Shown in pieces: positions 1-12,075 of a stretch of 64,000 nucleotides of DNA. This stretch comes from Eledone cirrhosa. Taxonomy: Eukaryota. Numbering within the stretch: position 1 is the first letter of the stretch; each line of letters begins with the position of its first letter. The stretch is taken from contig OZ024741.1 in NCBI GenBank assembly GCA_964016885.1, forward strand, positions 54,684,001-54,748,000. Reading direction: 5' to 3'. The translations under genes were made by a program, and so were the position numbers. The notes beneath the pieces are model-generated. The model saw only the letters and a list, made by a program, of their open reading frames with translations, had not been told where the DNA came from and made no database searches.

Positions 1-591
1 TGTCCACTGCGGTTTGCCCAGGTCCAGGTTGGCGCAGTTGGACAATCTAGTCGAAATCTATCGACCAGGTCGAATCGATCGAGTAACCCTTGAGGCTGCT
101 ACACCCCCTCTATCGGGACATGCCCCTGCATAGTCCCAACGCGCATCTAGGATTCCATTCCAGTCCCCCACTAAAAGCAGGGAACGCGACGTTCCTAGAA
201 AAGTCTCCAGACGCTGGAAGAAGTCGGCTCTTTCAGCCCCGAAGGGGGCATAAAGACCGACCAGTCTGAAAGCCCCGCCTTCACCGCCTCCGACGTCCAG
301 CACCAGTAATCGACCCCCCGGGTCCGAGTGAACAATCTGTACGTCGAGAGCCAGACGTTTATCCAGCAGTACGGCAACTCCCCCCCCCCCCCCGCCTCCG
401 GGTTGACAGAGAGATGCGTGCATCTCAAAGTCATCGAAGGCGGGAGCCAGCTGTCGCACGCTGCTGATCCGACTCTCGCAAACAACCATCACATCTATAC
501 TTCGTGACCTGAGGTCACTTAGTAGCTTTGCTTGCTTCCAAGCTGAACCCAGGCCACGCGCGTTCAAACAGCCAACTCTCAATTGATCTAT
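1..591 (-). pseudogene. Copy A ORF2 N-terminus (APE endonuclease), frameshifted
   Basis: CLNARG, VVCES and GDWN motifs match copy D. Two C-runs near 88-108 are each 1 nt shorter than in D, which could be homopolymer sequencing errors. Confidence 0.85.
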
Positions 592-2425
592 TTTGGTGTT
601 GAAAGTGAAGAAAGAAAAGCACCTACTTCTCCGGGTTGTGTAATTTCCATGGCGTCAGGTGTGTTGGGTGGAGGGATGTTTTGTGGTGGTGTGGGGGTAC
701 CCGAGTGTGGTGGGGTTGGGGTGTTTGGAGTTGTGTCAGAAGAGGGGAGGTTATGGGGAAATCTTTCAAGAGGACGCGATTTAACGGTTTTAAACAGGGG
801 GTGCTCACGTCCTGTCTAAATTGTTCTTTTAAGGAACGATAAAGGTCCAGAGGGACCTTTATCATTTTTAAATGGGTGAAGTTCTCTGTTGAGATAAAGT
901 TTGGCCCTTCGGTCTGCACCAAAGGGCTATTGTTTATTAATTTAAACAGTTTTTTGTTTTCTTTATTTATATATGTGTATTGCAATGTCTTTTTTTGTGA
1001 TGCTGTCAATGTTTCGGAGAGGGGAGGCGCAGATTTATTTTTGTTTGTTGAGGGTGGGGTGTTTTTGATTGGAGTTGGTGTTTGTGTGTGGGTTATTTGT
1101 GGTGTGCTGGGTGTGTGCTTTCTTTTTTTTCTTTTGACTTGTCTGAAGGCTTCTCCTTCTTCTTCAGAAGTTGGGGGAAACACTTCAGCGCTAGGTGGGA
1201 GGGACGTCGTGTCTGGTTGTTTTTTTTTTGCGGGAGAGGTAGATTTGTTGCTGTTTTTTTTATTATTTGTTTGGAATGCGTTTTGTGGTGGTGGTGGTGA
1301 TGTTTGTGTCGTGCTTGTGGTTGGTAATGGTGGTGGTGATGTTTGTGTTTTGGTTGGTGATGGTGGTGGTGATTTTTGTGTCGTGCTTGTGTTTGGTGCT
1401 GGTGGTGGTGATGTTTGTGTTGTGCTTGTGGTTGGTGGTGTCTGTATTTTGTTTGCTGTGTGTGATATTAGTGTATTTTTGGAGGTGGGTGGTGTTGGTG
1501 TACTGTTTGTGGTGGGTGTGGGCAATAGTCCTTTTTGGGGGATACGTTTCGGGCAATTAGCCTTAATGTTTCCCCTTTCCGTGCATAAATAGCATGCTGG
1601 TCTTCTCCCCTCTACAATTATATCTATTGGGGTGAGGTCATCCAGCCAGATGCGATCCGGGATTTGTGCTATTCTTTCGGGCCTCATTTGGACTAGTAGG
1701 TCGAGGCCCATTCCCAGGAACGCATCTCCGGATGCCTTCCCCATTGACAGCACTGTTTCCTCGCCCATGTCTATGAAGCCAGCAATAGCCCACCAGAAGT
1801 CCATTGTGGGCAGCATTGTTTGTATTTTTACTCTCTGTGTTCTTCTACCCATGTAGGAGGGATAGAAGCTGTATGTTGTCGATGAGAGTGGGCTTAGGGA
1901 AAGCTTCTGCGCCGTTTCCTTGTCTTTTGTTAAGACCGAAATGCTGCCATAGAGTCGGTCCTTTCGTATGAAGAGAATATTCTTCATATAGTCTTTTAGG
2001 ACCAACTCTATCTCCATTTGGCTGGGTTGTGCTGGCTTTCTTGTTTGGTTTGATTTTGTTCTGAAGAGAACTGTGTTCTCTGTTCTCGCTTTCTTGAATT
2101 CTGGGGGGGAGTTAATGGAAAAAATTCCGTTCTCCCCCAAAACAATGTGTTTCTTTGCTTCGGCCAGTTTTTCTCTGGCGGCAGTTAGGTCTATTGGTGT
2201 ATATGTTATGAACTGTTTTGTTTTCTGGGCGAAAGTTGCCTTGTTGTTATTTGTATTATTATTTTCTGTTTGTTTGTCTTCCGTTTGCTCATTTTCCGTA
2301 ATATTTGTTTTTTCATTTTCCTTGTTTGTTTCGTTGTCTACTTTTGTTGTATTTATTTTTTGTTCTTCAGACTTGGGGGGCGTGGCAGAGCTAATGGCAG
2401 ACATGTCTGCCATCTTTTCCGCCAT
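588..2425 (-). CDS. Copy A ORF1 (nucleic-acid-binding protein, about 600 aa)
   Basis: ORF 623..2425 has the knuckle CYLCTERGNIKANC (His replaced by Asn relative to D) and a Pro/Thr-rich linker. A 1-nt deletion near 741-750 shifts the C-terminus out of the conserved MEITQPGE frame. Confidence 0.85.
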
Positions 2426-2626
2426 GCTGCCAAGAAAGAAATTTTACAGCAAAATAGATATTTATTTTACCCCCTAAAAAGGGGGTAAATGTAAAAATGT
2501 TTCCCTAAATAACAGGGGTTAGTGTTCCAAATGTGTTGCACTGAAAAATGTATCTGGTACTTACTATAGTAAGGGTTAATTCCGATGGAATAGCGGAGCC
2601 GATGTGAAGCGTGTCTTACTCTATCA

Positions 2627-2646
2627 AGATAGATAGATAGATAGAT
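2627..2646. repeat. (AGAT)5 junction between copies A and B
   Basis: Read directly. Confidence 0.97.
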
Positions 2647-2860
2647 ATGTTTCTTTATTAGCCACAGGGGCACAAAAGAAGGGGACAAATACAAAGGGGG
2701 AAGTTTACATACAATAAAAACGTGTGAAATATTATCACAAATGCAATAGGGGGAGACAGTTTATATGGGTAACACATACCCCTGAAAAAAATGTGCAACC
2801 CTCATCTCCAGGAGTACGAAGAGTTTGTACTCCTTTCCTCTCCTCCTCCTTTTCCTCAAC

Positions 2861-5800
2861 CTACAGGCTGATATAGAGAGAAGGAACATTCACTCGGGCC
2901 ATTCTCGCCACTTTCACCCACCTTTCATAAAACTTGCTGGGGTACAGCACCTCTCTCTCCATCCTGATTCTTCTTCCAAAGTGGTATTTGAGAAAAAGAA
3001 TCAGTTGTTGGCCGGAGAGAAAGGTGTCTGACCTCAGCCCTTTCAACCTTGTCCACCATAAACCTCTTTCGCCATAGCTATCACACAAAGGAAAACCGCC
3101 TCTCCTTCGTTTTTGATGGAGGGCGGCGGTTTGATCATGACAATGGACTCGGTGGTCAACCGCATTGGTCCCACCCGCGACAATAGTCGTTCTACATAGC
3201 CCCACAGGTCAGTGACGCCCGGGCAGTGTATGAATGCGTGCGTGACGGTTTCTTCGTTTCGCACGCACCTCGGACAGATCTTTTTTGCAGGGTCCCTTCC
3301 CGGGCGCCCATGTCTGTAGAGCTTGTCTCGAACTGGTAGAGCTCCTCGGCCAGGGACTTTTGGAAGTTGTCCATCGGTCCCGGGCGGAAGGTCCTACCGA
3401 ACAGACTGGCCAGTTCATCTTCCTCTACGCCTAGAGTTTCACCGAGCGCGTCGTCGCACTTGCTGCGGATCAACCCTCTATAGAATGACGAAGTGGAGTC
3501 TCCACTGATCGCCGGGTCCGCCTGCCAGAGGGCTGTGAGCGCCTGAGCGCATTCGATGTGCCAGTCGCCCATTTTCCTCGGTCTTTGCTTGACCCAGGAC
3601 TGCAGCTCGGTCAGCGAGACGAGTCGTGGGAAGGCTCGCCTCACGAACGGGGCCCACACCGGTTGTCCGGTGAGGAATACGTAGAGATGCCGCAGCCTGA
3701 GCGCGTGTTTGCGCATCGTCAACCACGGCATCCACAGCCCTCCGTTAGAAGGGTGTTGGCAGCAGATGGATCTTCTCACCAAAGGAGCCCGCCTCTTCAA
3801 AAGGAATCGAAAGAGCGCGTGCTCCATTTTGGCGAGCGTTATGGCTGGACAAGGTACGACGGTCAAGCGGTAGTAGATAGCGGACGCTATAAAAGTGTTC
3901 GCCACCTCCGCTCGACCTTTCAAGGATAGTTTGCACTCGGCCCTCTTCTGGGTGAGTGCAAACACCTTGGCCGTCACTTCGTTCCAGTTCTTCTCCACCT
4001 GGAGGTCCGGACCAAACCAGACCCCGAGCAGCTTTACCGGTTCTTGCGTCCAGCGTCCGACGACGCCATCGGAAGGCATCGGTTTGCTCTCCACGATCCG
4101 AGTTGCAAACCGATGGACTTGTCTCGGTTCAGCTTCGCTCCTGTGAAACTTTCGTATTCCTTCAGTAAGGTGCCGACTTCCTCGATTTGCGAGGCGCTCG
4201 ATACCATTACTGTCAATCCAGCCCCTGAACACGGGTCCGAAGCCTGCCGCCTCGAGCACCGCATCCAGGTAACGATGGTCAAACCTATCGAAAGCCTTAG
4301 ACTGATCCAAGTTGATCAGGGCCCCACCGAAGCCGGGTTTACACCCTACCCTCTCTATGATGTATCGCATGAGGTGGAGGTTGTCGTGTATGGACCTGGT
4401 CGGGATTGCGCATGTCTGCGCTTCTCCCACCAGGTTCTCGACGACAAGCCCAGCCTCTTTGCCAACACCTTGGCCAAAATCTGTAACTCTGTGTTTAGCA
4501 GAGTTATGGGCCCGACGTTGCCTATGTCATCGCCCTTACTCTCGTCCTTCCTGATTAGTGTGACCACGCCCCCGGTTACAGAACTGGGAATTCTCCCGTT
4601 ATGTTGCCAGTTGCAGTAGACCGCTTCCAGGAGACCGGAGAATAAGTCCGGCATTGCTACGTAAAATTCGTAGGGTAGACCGTCGAGACCTGGAGATTTG
4701 CGTTTGCCGCATTGGCTCAGCGCGTCCCCTATCTCAGCGGCTGAAATCGACTTTTCGCAGAACTTTGCCTCGCTGTCCGAGAGTCGCGGTAGGCCGTCGA
4801 GGTATGGACCGAAATCCATAGCCCCTCCCGGCGCGCTGTCCCTCCCGAACAGTTGAGCAAAGTGCCGCTGAAAGGCCGCACACATCTGCTTCGGCTCATA
4901 TATCACGCGTCCGTTTTGGTCCTTCAAAGACTGAATCGTGGACTTGTTGCCACTTTTTGCCTCCGTCACTCGGGCCCAGCTAACAGCTTTGGCTCCCTCG
5001 TTTCCCAGAGCACGTATTTTGCTTCTGACAACGCAGCCCTCGTGCTTTGCGTCGAAGACTGGTCCAAGGCCGTTCTAGTTGCTAGCACGCTGGCTACTTT
5101 GCCACTTCTGATTGCCTCTTGTACTTTATCTACCAGTTCCTTCTCGGTTCTATTTCTATCAAACGCTAATTATTTAGTAAAAACTATCGAGTCTAATTTA
5201 ACTGCCCTCTTGAGAGTGTACCACCATCTGTTGTTTATAATGGCCCCTGTCAAGTGCTGTTTAACTAAAGTGCTAATCCGTCTACTGTAGGCTTTGCTTG
5301 TCGGTAACGACAAGTTCAGCTTCCAGTAGCCGCGTCCTTGTCTATGGGTTCTATCAAGGTTGGCCATGCAGGTCACTAGTTTGTGATCTGAATAGGCAAC
5401 CATGAACATTTGTGGACAGCTTAACATGTCCCTATCCTTATTTCTAACTATAACCCTATCTAGGTACGATCTAGATGTTCCGCTACGATTGCTCCACGTC
5501 CACAGTGGCGCAGTCGGAAAATCTAGTCGATATCTATCGGCCAGGTCAAATCGGTCGATTAACTGTTTGAGGCTGTTACACCCCCCTTTATCGGGACATG
5601 CTCCCACATAGTCCCAACGTGCATCTAGGATTCCATTCCAGTCCCCCACTAAAAGCAAGGAGCGGGACGTTCCCAGAAAAGTCTCTAGACGTTTGAAGAA
5701 GTCTGGCCGCGGTGTCCCGGATGGGGCATATGCGGCCACCAGCCTGAAGGCTCCCCCTTCACTACCGTCAACGTCTAGGACCACCAGTCGACCCTCCGGG

Positions 5801-6068
5801 TCCAGATGTACCGTCTGTGTTTACGAGGCCCAGGTGTTTCCGCAGCAAAACGGCAACTCTGTCCTCCCCCCCCCCCGGGTTGACAGAGAGATGCGTAGAT
5901 CTCAAAGTCATCGAAGATGGGGGCCAACTGTCGCTTGCTGTGGATCCTGGACTTGCAAATGGCTACCACATCCATACTGTGCGACCTGAAGTCGTTTAAG
6001 AGTTTGCCCTGTTTCCAGGGCATCCCCAGGCCGCGTATGTTCACACATTCAACTCTTATATTGGCCAT
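2861..6068 (-). pseudogene. Copy B ORF2 (APE-RT-CCHC), multiple frameshifts and internal deletion
   Basis: Starts MANIRVECVNIRG and retains GDWN, SDHK, PGLDG and LDQSKAFDR. The QGCPLS/YADD block is missing. Ends RVNVPSLYISL*. Confidence 0.9.
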
Positions 6069-6101
6069 GTTGGTGCTGAAAAGTTAAAAGAGGAAAAGAG
6101 A

Positions 6102-8034
6102 TCACTCACCCTTCGTCTCCTGGGGACCAGGCCGCACGATTTCCATGGGGGTGTTGGAGGGGTTGTCTGGATGGGTGGTGGTTTCCGGCGGGGTGGGGAC
6201 GGAGATGTTTGGTGGGGTGGGGTCTGGTGGGATGGGGTGTCTGGGGTGGGGAGACATTTGAGAAGGATGCGGTTAAGTGGTTTCACGCAGGAATTCCCCA
6301 CATCCTTCTCAAATGTTTCTTTTAGGGACCTATAAGTTTGTATAGGGACCCTAATTAGTTTTAAGTTCAGTTTTTTGCTATTTTTAATAGAGTGGGCGAA
6401 AGTTTTCCCTTCGGTTTTCACCGAAGGGTCGTTCGTAATGGTCTCCATTAGTGTTTTGTTTTCAGTGTTTATGTAAGTGTAAGTGTAATTTTCTTGTGTT
6501 GTGTTTGTTTTTGTCTGTAGTTCTTGTGTGTGCTTTCGTTTTGTTGTAGGTGTTTTGTTTTCAGGAGGTGGGGGTTTTGTTTGTGATATTTTTGTTGTTT
6601 GTGTTAGTGGTTGTATGTTTGTGGTAGTGTTTGCTGGTTTTTTGCTTTTGTGATGTCTTTTCTTTCTTTTCGAGCGATGGGGTTCTCCCTCGTCTTCACT
6701 GGGTGATGGCGAGATAGCCTCATCTGTTGTATCGTCTGTGTGATTGGGGAGGGGTATGTCTTGGGGAGCTGTTGTGTCTGTATGTGATTTTGCAGTGGTT
6801 TTAGGTGGAGTGGGGTTGGGTGGGACTGTGTTTGTTGTGGTTATTTTTGTGCGTTGGTGGTGTTTTTGTTGTTGTGGTGGTGTTGGTGGTTGTGTTGTTT
6901 TGATGGGTGTCGGCAGAAGAGCTTTTTTTTATTCATTAATTTAGGACAGGAAGCCCTCAGGTGACGCCTGCTAAAGCAATGGTAACATGAAGGCCGCCTA
7001 CCCTCAACCTAAAAGTTTATGTAGGTGAGTCCGTCCAGGAGTACACGTTGTGGGATCATAGCTATTCGCTCTGGGCTCATTTGCACCAGAACTTCAATGC
7101 TAGTCCCATTGAATTAATCTCTGGGGGACTTTACTACTGACAGTATTCTGTCTTCATCAAAATTGATGAAGCCGCACAGTATCCACCATATGTTCACCTT
7201 TGGTGTGACACTCGTGATTTTGATCTTTTGTGTCCTTTTTCCCATGTATGTAGGGAAAAAGGTGTACAGGTTGGATACAATTGGCGACACAGAGTAATTT
7301 TGGGCCGTCAATTGATCCGTCATGAGTACCGAAATACTCCCAAAAAGTTTGCTTCGTTGAATGAATGCAATATCATTTATTGAATTTTTGAAAACCAGTT
7401 CAATTTCTTTCTGTGACAATTGGACTAGTTTTCGGGTAGACTTGGAAACTGTCCTAAAAACTATCGTTTTGAGAGCAGTTTCCTTGCGAATTTCTACCGG
7501 AGAATTGATGCTGAAAGCACCATTTTTTTCGAAAGTGACATATCTCCTAGCGTCCTTTAAAAGTTGTTCAGCATTTGTTATGTCGAGATATATCAGTTCC
7601 TCCTTTTTTTGAACTGTCTGTGCAAAGGAGATTTTGGGTTTCTTTGTGGAATTATCCGTGTTGGTGGTGTTGTCATTATTGTTGTTATTGTTGTGGTTAT
7701 TCTTGTTGTCACCGATGTTGATATTATTCCTATTTTCCTTGGTGTTGTTGTTGTCTTTGATGCTGGTGTTATTGGTGTTGTCTTTATTTTTTTCTTTGTT
7801 GTTGTTATCATTGTTGTTTTTATCATCATTATTGGTGTTGCTGTTATTTTTGTTGTCATTGAACTGTTTGGTGTCATTTGTGTTGTTTGGATATGAATTT
7901 GTTTTTGCATTTTCATTTCGTCTTTCCATCTCTATAGTGTCTATTGAGAAGGAAGGGGAAGAAGACGATGTTGACTGCGAGCTTTGTAGTCATACCGCCT
8001 CTCCACCACCATTATCGTTGGACGCAGCGTTCAT
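6102..8034 (-). pseudogene. Copy B ORF1, disrupted
   Basis: ATG at 8034 is followed by an early TGA. Asn-rich N-terminus, knuckle CYHCFSRRHLRASC near 6945-6990, C-terminus MEIVRPGPQETKGE*. Confidence 0.85.
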
Positions 8035-8234
8035 AACGTAATCAAACTTTTACAATATTTTTTCCAAGAATCGATGGAGAAACATTTTTTCAAACGGATA
8101 TAAATGAGTTGACCCACCACCTGAAGGTCCAGACGGGGGGTTCAAGTTACACAATAATATAAAATTTAACTAAAAATTCACGTTTTTTTCTTAAATAAAT
8201 TAACGGAAACTTCTCCGCGAAGTTACACACGTCT

Positions 8235-8355
<121 letters not shown>

Positions 8356-8592
8356 CTTTCTATTTATTTGGCACCAGGTCCTCAAAGATTGGGACAAATA
8401 CAAGAGGGGGAGTTTACATACATTTCAAGGGACGTGCAAAAATATATAACAAATCAAATTCAACAATCGAAGTCCTCGATAGGGAAGGGGCGTTGACGTG
8501 GGTCGCAAACACCCCCTAAAAAATGTGCAACCCTCCTCGGGAGCACAAAGAGCGGGTCCACCCTTCGTCCACTCCTTCCTCTCCTCTCTCAC

Positions 8593-11500
8593 CTACAGGC
8601 CTATATAGAGGCAAGGCCCATTCACTCGGGCCATTCTCGCCACTTTCACCCATCTTTCATAAAACTTGCTGGGGTAGAACACCTCTCTCTCCATTCTGAT
8701 CCTTCTTCTAAAATGGTACTTGAAAAAAAGAACCAGTTGTTGGCCGGAGAGAAAAGTGCCTGACCTCACCCCTTTCAATCTTGTCCACCATACAACCTCT
8801 TTCGCCATAGCTATCACACAGAGGAAAACCACCTCTCCTTCGTTTTGGAAGGGGGAGGCGGTTTGATCGTGACAATGTACTCGGTGGTCAACCGGATTGG
8901 TCCCACCCGTGACAGTAGTCGTTCCATATTAGCCCCACAGGTCAGCAACGCCCGGGCAGTGTACGAATGCGTGCACGACGGTTTCCTCGTCACGCACGCA
9001 TCTCGGACAGATCTTCTTCGAGGGGTCCCTACCCGGGGGCCCGTGACTGTAGAGCTTGTCCCGAACGGGTAGAACTCCTCGGTAGCACTGCCAAGCCAGG
9101 GACTTTTGGAAGTTGTCCATCGGTCCCGGGCCAAACGACCTTCCGAACAGACTGGCTAGCTCGTCTTCCTCCATGCCCAGAGCCTCCCCGAGAGCGTCGT
9201 CGCACTTGCTGCGCACCAACCCTCTATAGAATGTTGAAGTTGAGTCTCCACTGATTGCCGGATTCGCTTGCCAGAGAGTCCTGAGCGTCTGGACACATTC
9301 AATGTGCCAGTCGCCGACTTTTCTCAGTCTTTGCTCGGTGAGTGAGACGAGTCTCGGAAAGGCTCACCTCACAAAAGGAGCCCACACCGGCTGACCGGTG
9401 AGGAATACCTGGATGTGCCGTAGCCTTAGTGCGTGTTTGCGCATCGTCAGCCACGGCAATCCCAGCCCTCCGTTCAAAGGGTGTTGACAGCAAATGGATC
9501 TTCTCACCAAAGGGGCCCGCATCTTCCAAAGGAATCGGAAGAGCGCACGCTCCATTTTGGCGAGAGTTTTCGCTGGGCAAGGCACGACGGTCAAGCGGTA
9601 GTAGATGACGGACGCTATATAAGTGTTCGCCACCTCCGCTCGACCTTTCAGGGATAGTTTTCACTCGGCCCACTTTTGGGCGAGTGCACACACCCTGCCC
9701 GTTACCTCGTTCCAATTTGTCTCCACCTGGAGGTCTGGTCCGAACCAGACCCCGAGCAGCTTCACCGGTCCCTCCGTCCAGCGTCCGACGACGCCGTCGG
9801 AGGACATCGGTGTGCCTCTCAACGTTCCGAGTTGCAAACCGACGGACTTATCCCGGTTCAGCTTGGCTCCTGTTAACCTTTTGTATTCCTCCAGTAAGGT
9901 GCCGATCTGCCCGATTTCCGAGGCGCACGACCCCATTACTGTCACGTCATCGACGTATGCCGACACCGTTTTCCGCAATGCCGGTTCCAAGGTGATTCCC
10001 TGCAACAGCTCCAACTTCCGCAGTAGTGGCTCCAGAGCCAGCACATACAGAAGGGAGAAGAGAGGGCATCCCTGTCGGATGGATCGCGTGATTCGGAACG
10101 GTTAGGTAGCCGTTCATCTCTTCCCTCGAACAGGTGTTTCTGCTGTCCATTGCAGCAATTCGGCCCCTGAAAACGGTTCCGAAGCCTGCCGCCGCTAGCA
10201 CCGCATCCAGGTACCGATGGTCTACCCTATCAAACGCCTTAGATTGATCCAGGTTGATCAGGGCCCCACCAAAGCCGGATTCGTTCCCAACCCTCTCTAC
10301 GATGTATCGCATGAGGTGGAGGTTGTCGTGTATGGACCTAGACGCGATTGAGCATGTCTGCGCTTGTCCCACCAGGTTCCCGACGACAAGCGCCAACCTC
10401 TTCGCTAACACCTACGCCAAAATCTTTAACTCTGTGTTTAGCAGAGTTATGGGCCTGAAGTTATTTATGTTCTCGTCCTTCCTCACCAGCGTGACTACGC
10501 CCTTGGTCACAGAACTGGGAATTCTCCCGTTCTGTTGCCAGTTGCAGTAGACCGCCTCGATGAGATCGGAGAACAAGTCCAGCATCGCTACATAAAGTTC
10601 GTATGGTAGACCATCGAGACCGGGAGATTTGAGTTTGCCTCATAGGCTCAGCGCTTCCCATATTTCAGCGGTTGAAATCGGCCCTTCGCAGGACTTCTCC
10701 TCCCCGGCCGATAGCTGCGGCAGACCGTCGAGGTATGGACCGAAATCCATGGCCTAACCCGGCCTACCGCCCCTCCCGAACAATCGGGCAAAGCGCCGTT
10801 GGAAGGCCGCGCACATCCGCTCAGGTTCAAGGATCACGCGTCCATCCTGGTCCTTCAAAGACCGAATCGTGGACTTGTTTCTCCTTTTTGCCTCTGTCAC
10901 TCGGGCCCAGCTAACAGCTTTGGCTCCCTCGTTACCCAGAGCACGTATTTTACTTCTGACAACACAGCCCTCTTCTTCGCGTCAAAGAACTGGTCTAGGG
11001 CCGTTCTTGACGCCAGCACGCCGGCCACGTTTCCCCTCCTAATCGCCTCTTCTACTCTATCTATCAATTCCCTTTCAGTTCTATTCCTATCTGATGCTAA
11101 TTTCTGACTAAAACCTATCGATTCTATTCTAATTTCTTCTAATTTCTCTTGAGAGAGCCCCACCACCTGCTGTTGACTATTTCCCCCGTCAACCGCTGCT
11201 TAACTAGAGTGCTAATCTGCTTACTGTAAGCTTTGTCTGTCGGTAAGGACAAGTTTAGCTTCCAGTAACCGGGTCCTTGTCTATGGGTTCTATCAAGGTT
11301 GACCACTCCGGTCACCAACTTGTGATCCGAATAGTCAACCATGAACATTTGTGGACTGCTTAATATGTCCCTATCCTTATTTCTAAATAGGAACCTATCT
11401 AGGTACGACCTAGATGTTCCACTGCCATTAGTCCACGCCACAGTGGCACAGTCGGAAAATCTAGTCGATATCTATCGGCCAGATCAAATCGGTCGATTAA

Positions 11501-12032
11501 CCGTTTGAGGCTGTTGCACCCCTCTCTATCGGGACATGCCCCACATAGTCACAACGTGCATCCAGGATACCATTCCCGTCCCGCACTAAAAGCAATGAGC
11601 GAGACGTTCCCAGAAAAGTCTCTAGGCGTTTGAAGAAGTCTGGTCGCGGTGTCCCAGATGGGGCATACGCTGCCACCAGCCTGAATGCTCCACCTTCACT
11701 ACTGCCTACGTCTAGAACCACCAGTCGACCCTCCGGGTCCAGGTGTACCTTCCGTGTTGCGAGGCCCATGTGTTTTCGTAGCAGAACGACCACTCCGCCC
11801 CCACCCCCCGGCTGACAGAGAGATGCATAGATCTCAAAGTCGTCGAAGATGGGGGCCATTTGATGATCGCTGCTAATCCTGGTCGCTGCTGATCCTGATC
11901 GCTGCTGATCCTGGACTCGCAAATAGCTATCACATCCATTCTGTGCGACCTGAGGTCATTTAAGAGTTTGCCCTGCTTCCAGGACATCCCCAGACCGCGC
12001 ACATTTAAACATCCAACTCTTATAACAGCCAT
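8593..12032 (-). pseudogene. Copy C ORF2 (APE-RT-CCHC), frameshifted
   Basis: Starts MAVIRVGCLNVRG and retains LDQSKAFDRVDH, YVDD and CPRC..H..HC. A 16-17 bp unit is triplicated at about 11865-11913. Confidence 0.9.
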
Positions 12033-12075
12033 GTTGGTGGTGAAGAGTTTAGAGTGGAGGAAAAGGAAAAGACAC

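Larger units (their letters stand above)
1..2626 (-). mobile_element. Tx1/L1-clade non-LTR retrotransposon copy A (5' part; continues past window start)
   Basis: 5' UTR, ORF1 with zinc knuckle, and start of the ORF2 APE domain. Near-identical to copy D. Its 5' end abuts (AGAT)5 at 2627-2646. Confidence 0.93.
2647..8234 (-). mobile_element. Tx1/L1-clade copy B (degenerate, second subfamily)
   Basis: ORF1 and ORF2 remnants are collinear with D, and an RT segment is deleted near 4215. AATAAA lies at 2654-2659 on the minus strand. Flanked by (GATA)n on both sides. Confidence 0.93.

Noticed and set aside
876-2477. Plus-strand ORFs antisense to Tx1 ORF1 (also 18308-19735)
   Set aside because: Explained by the G/T-rich, stop-poor complement of Pro/Thr/Asn-rich ORF1; no recognisable motifs.
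2620-2633. TCTATC-AA-GATAGA mini inverted repeat at the A/D 5' junction
   Set aside because: Only 6 bp and absent from copies B and C.
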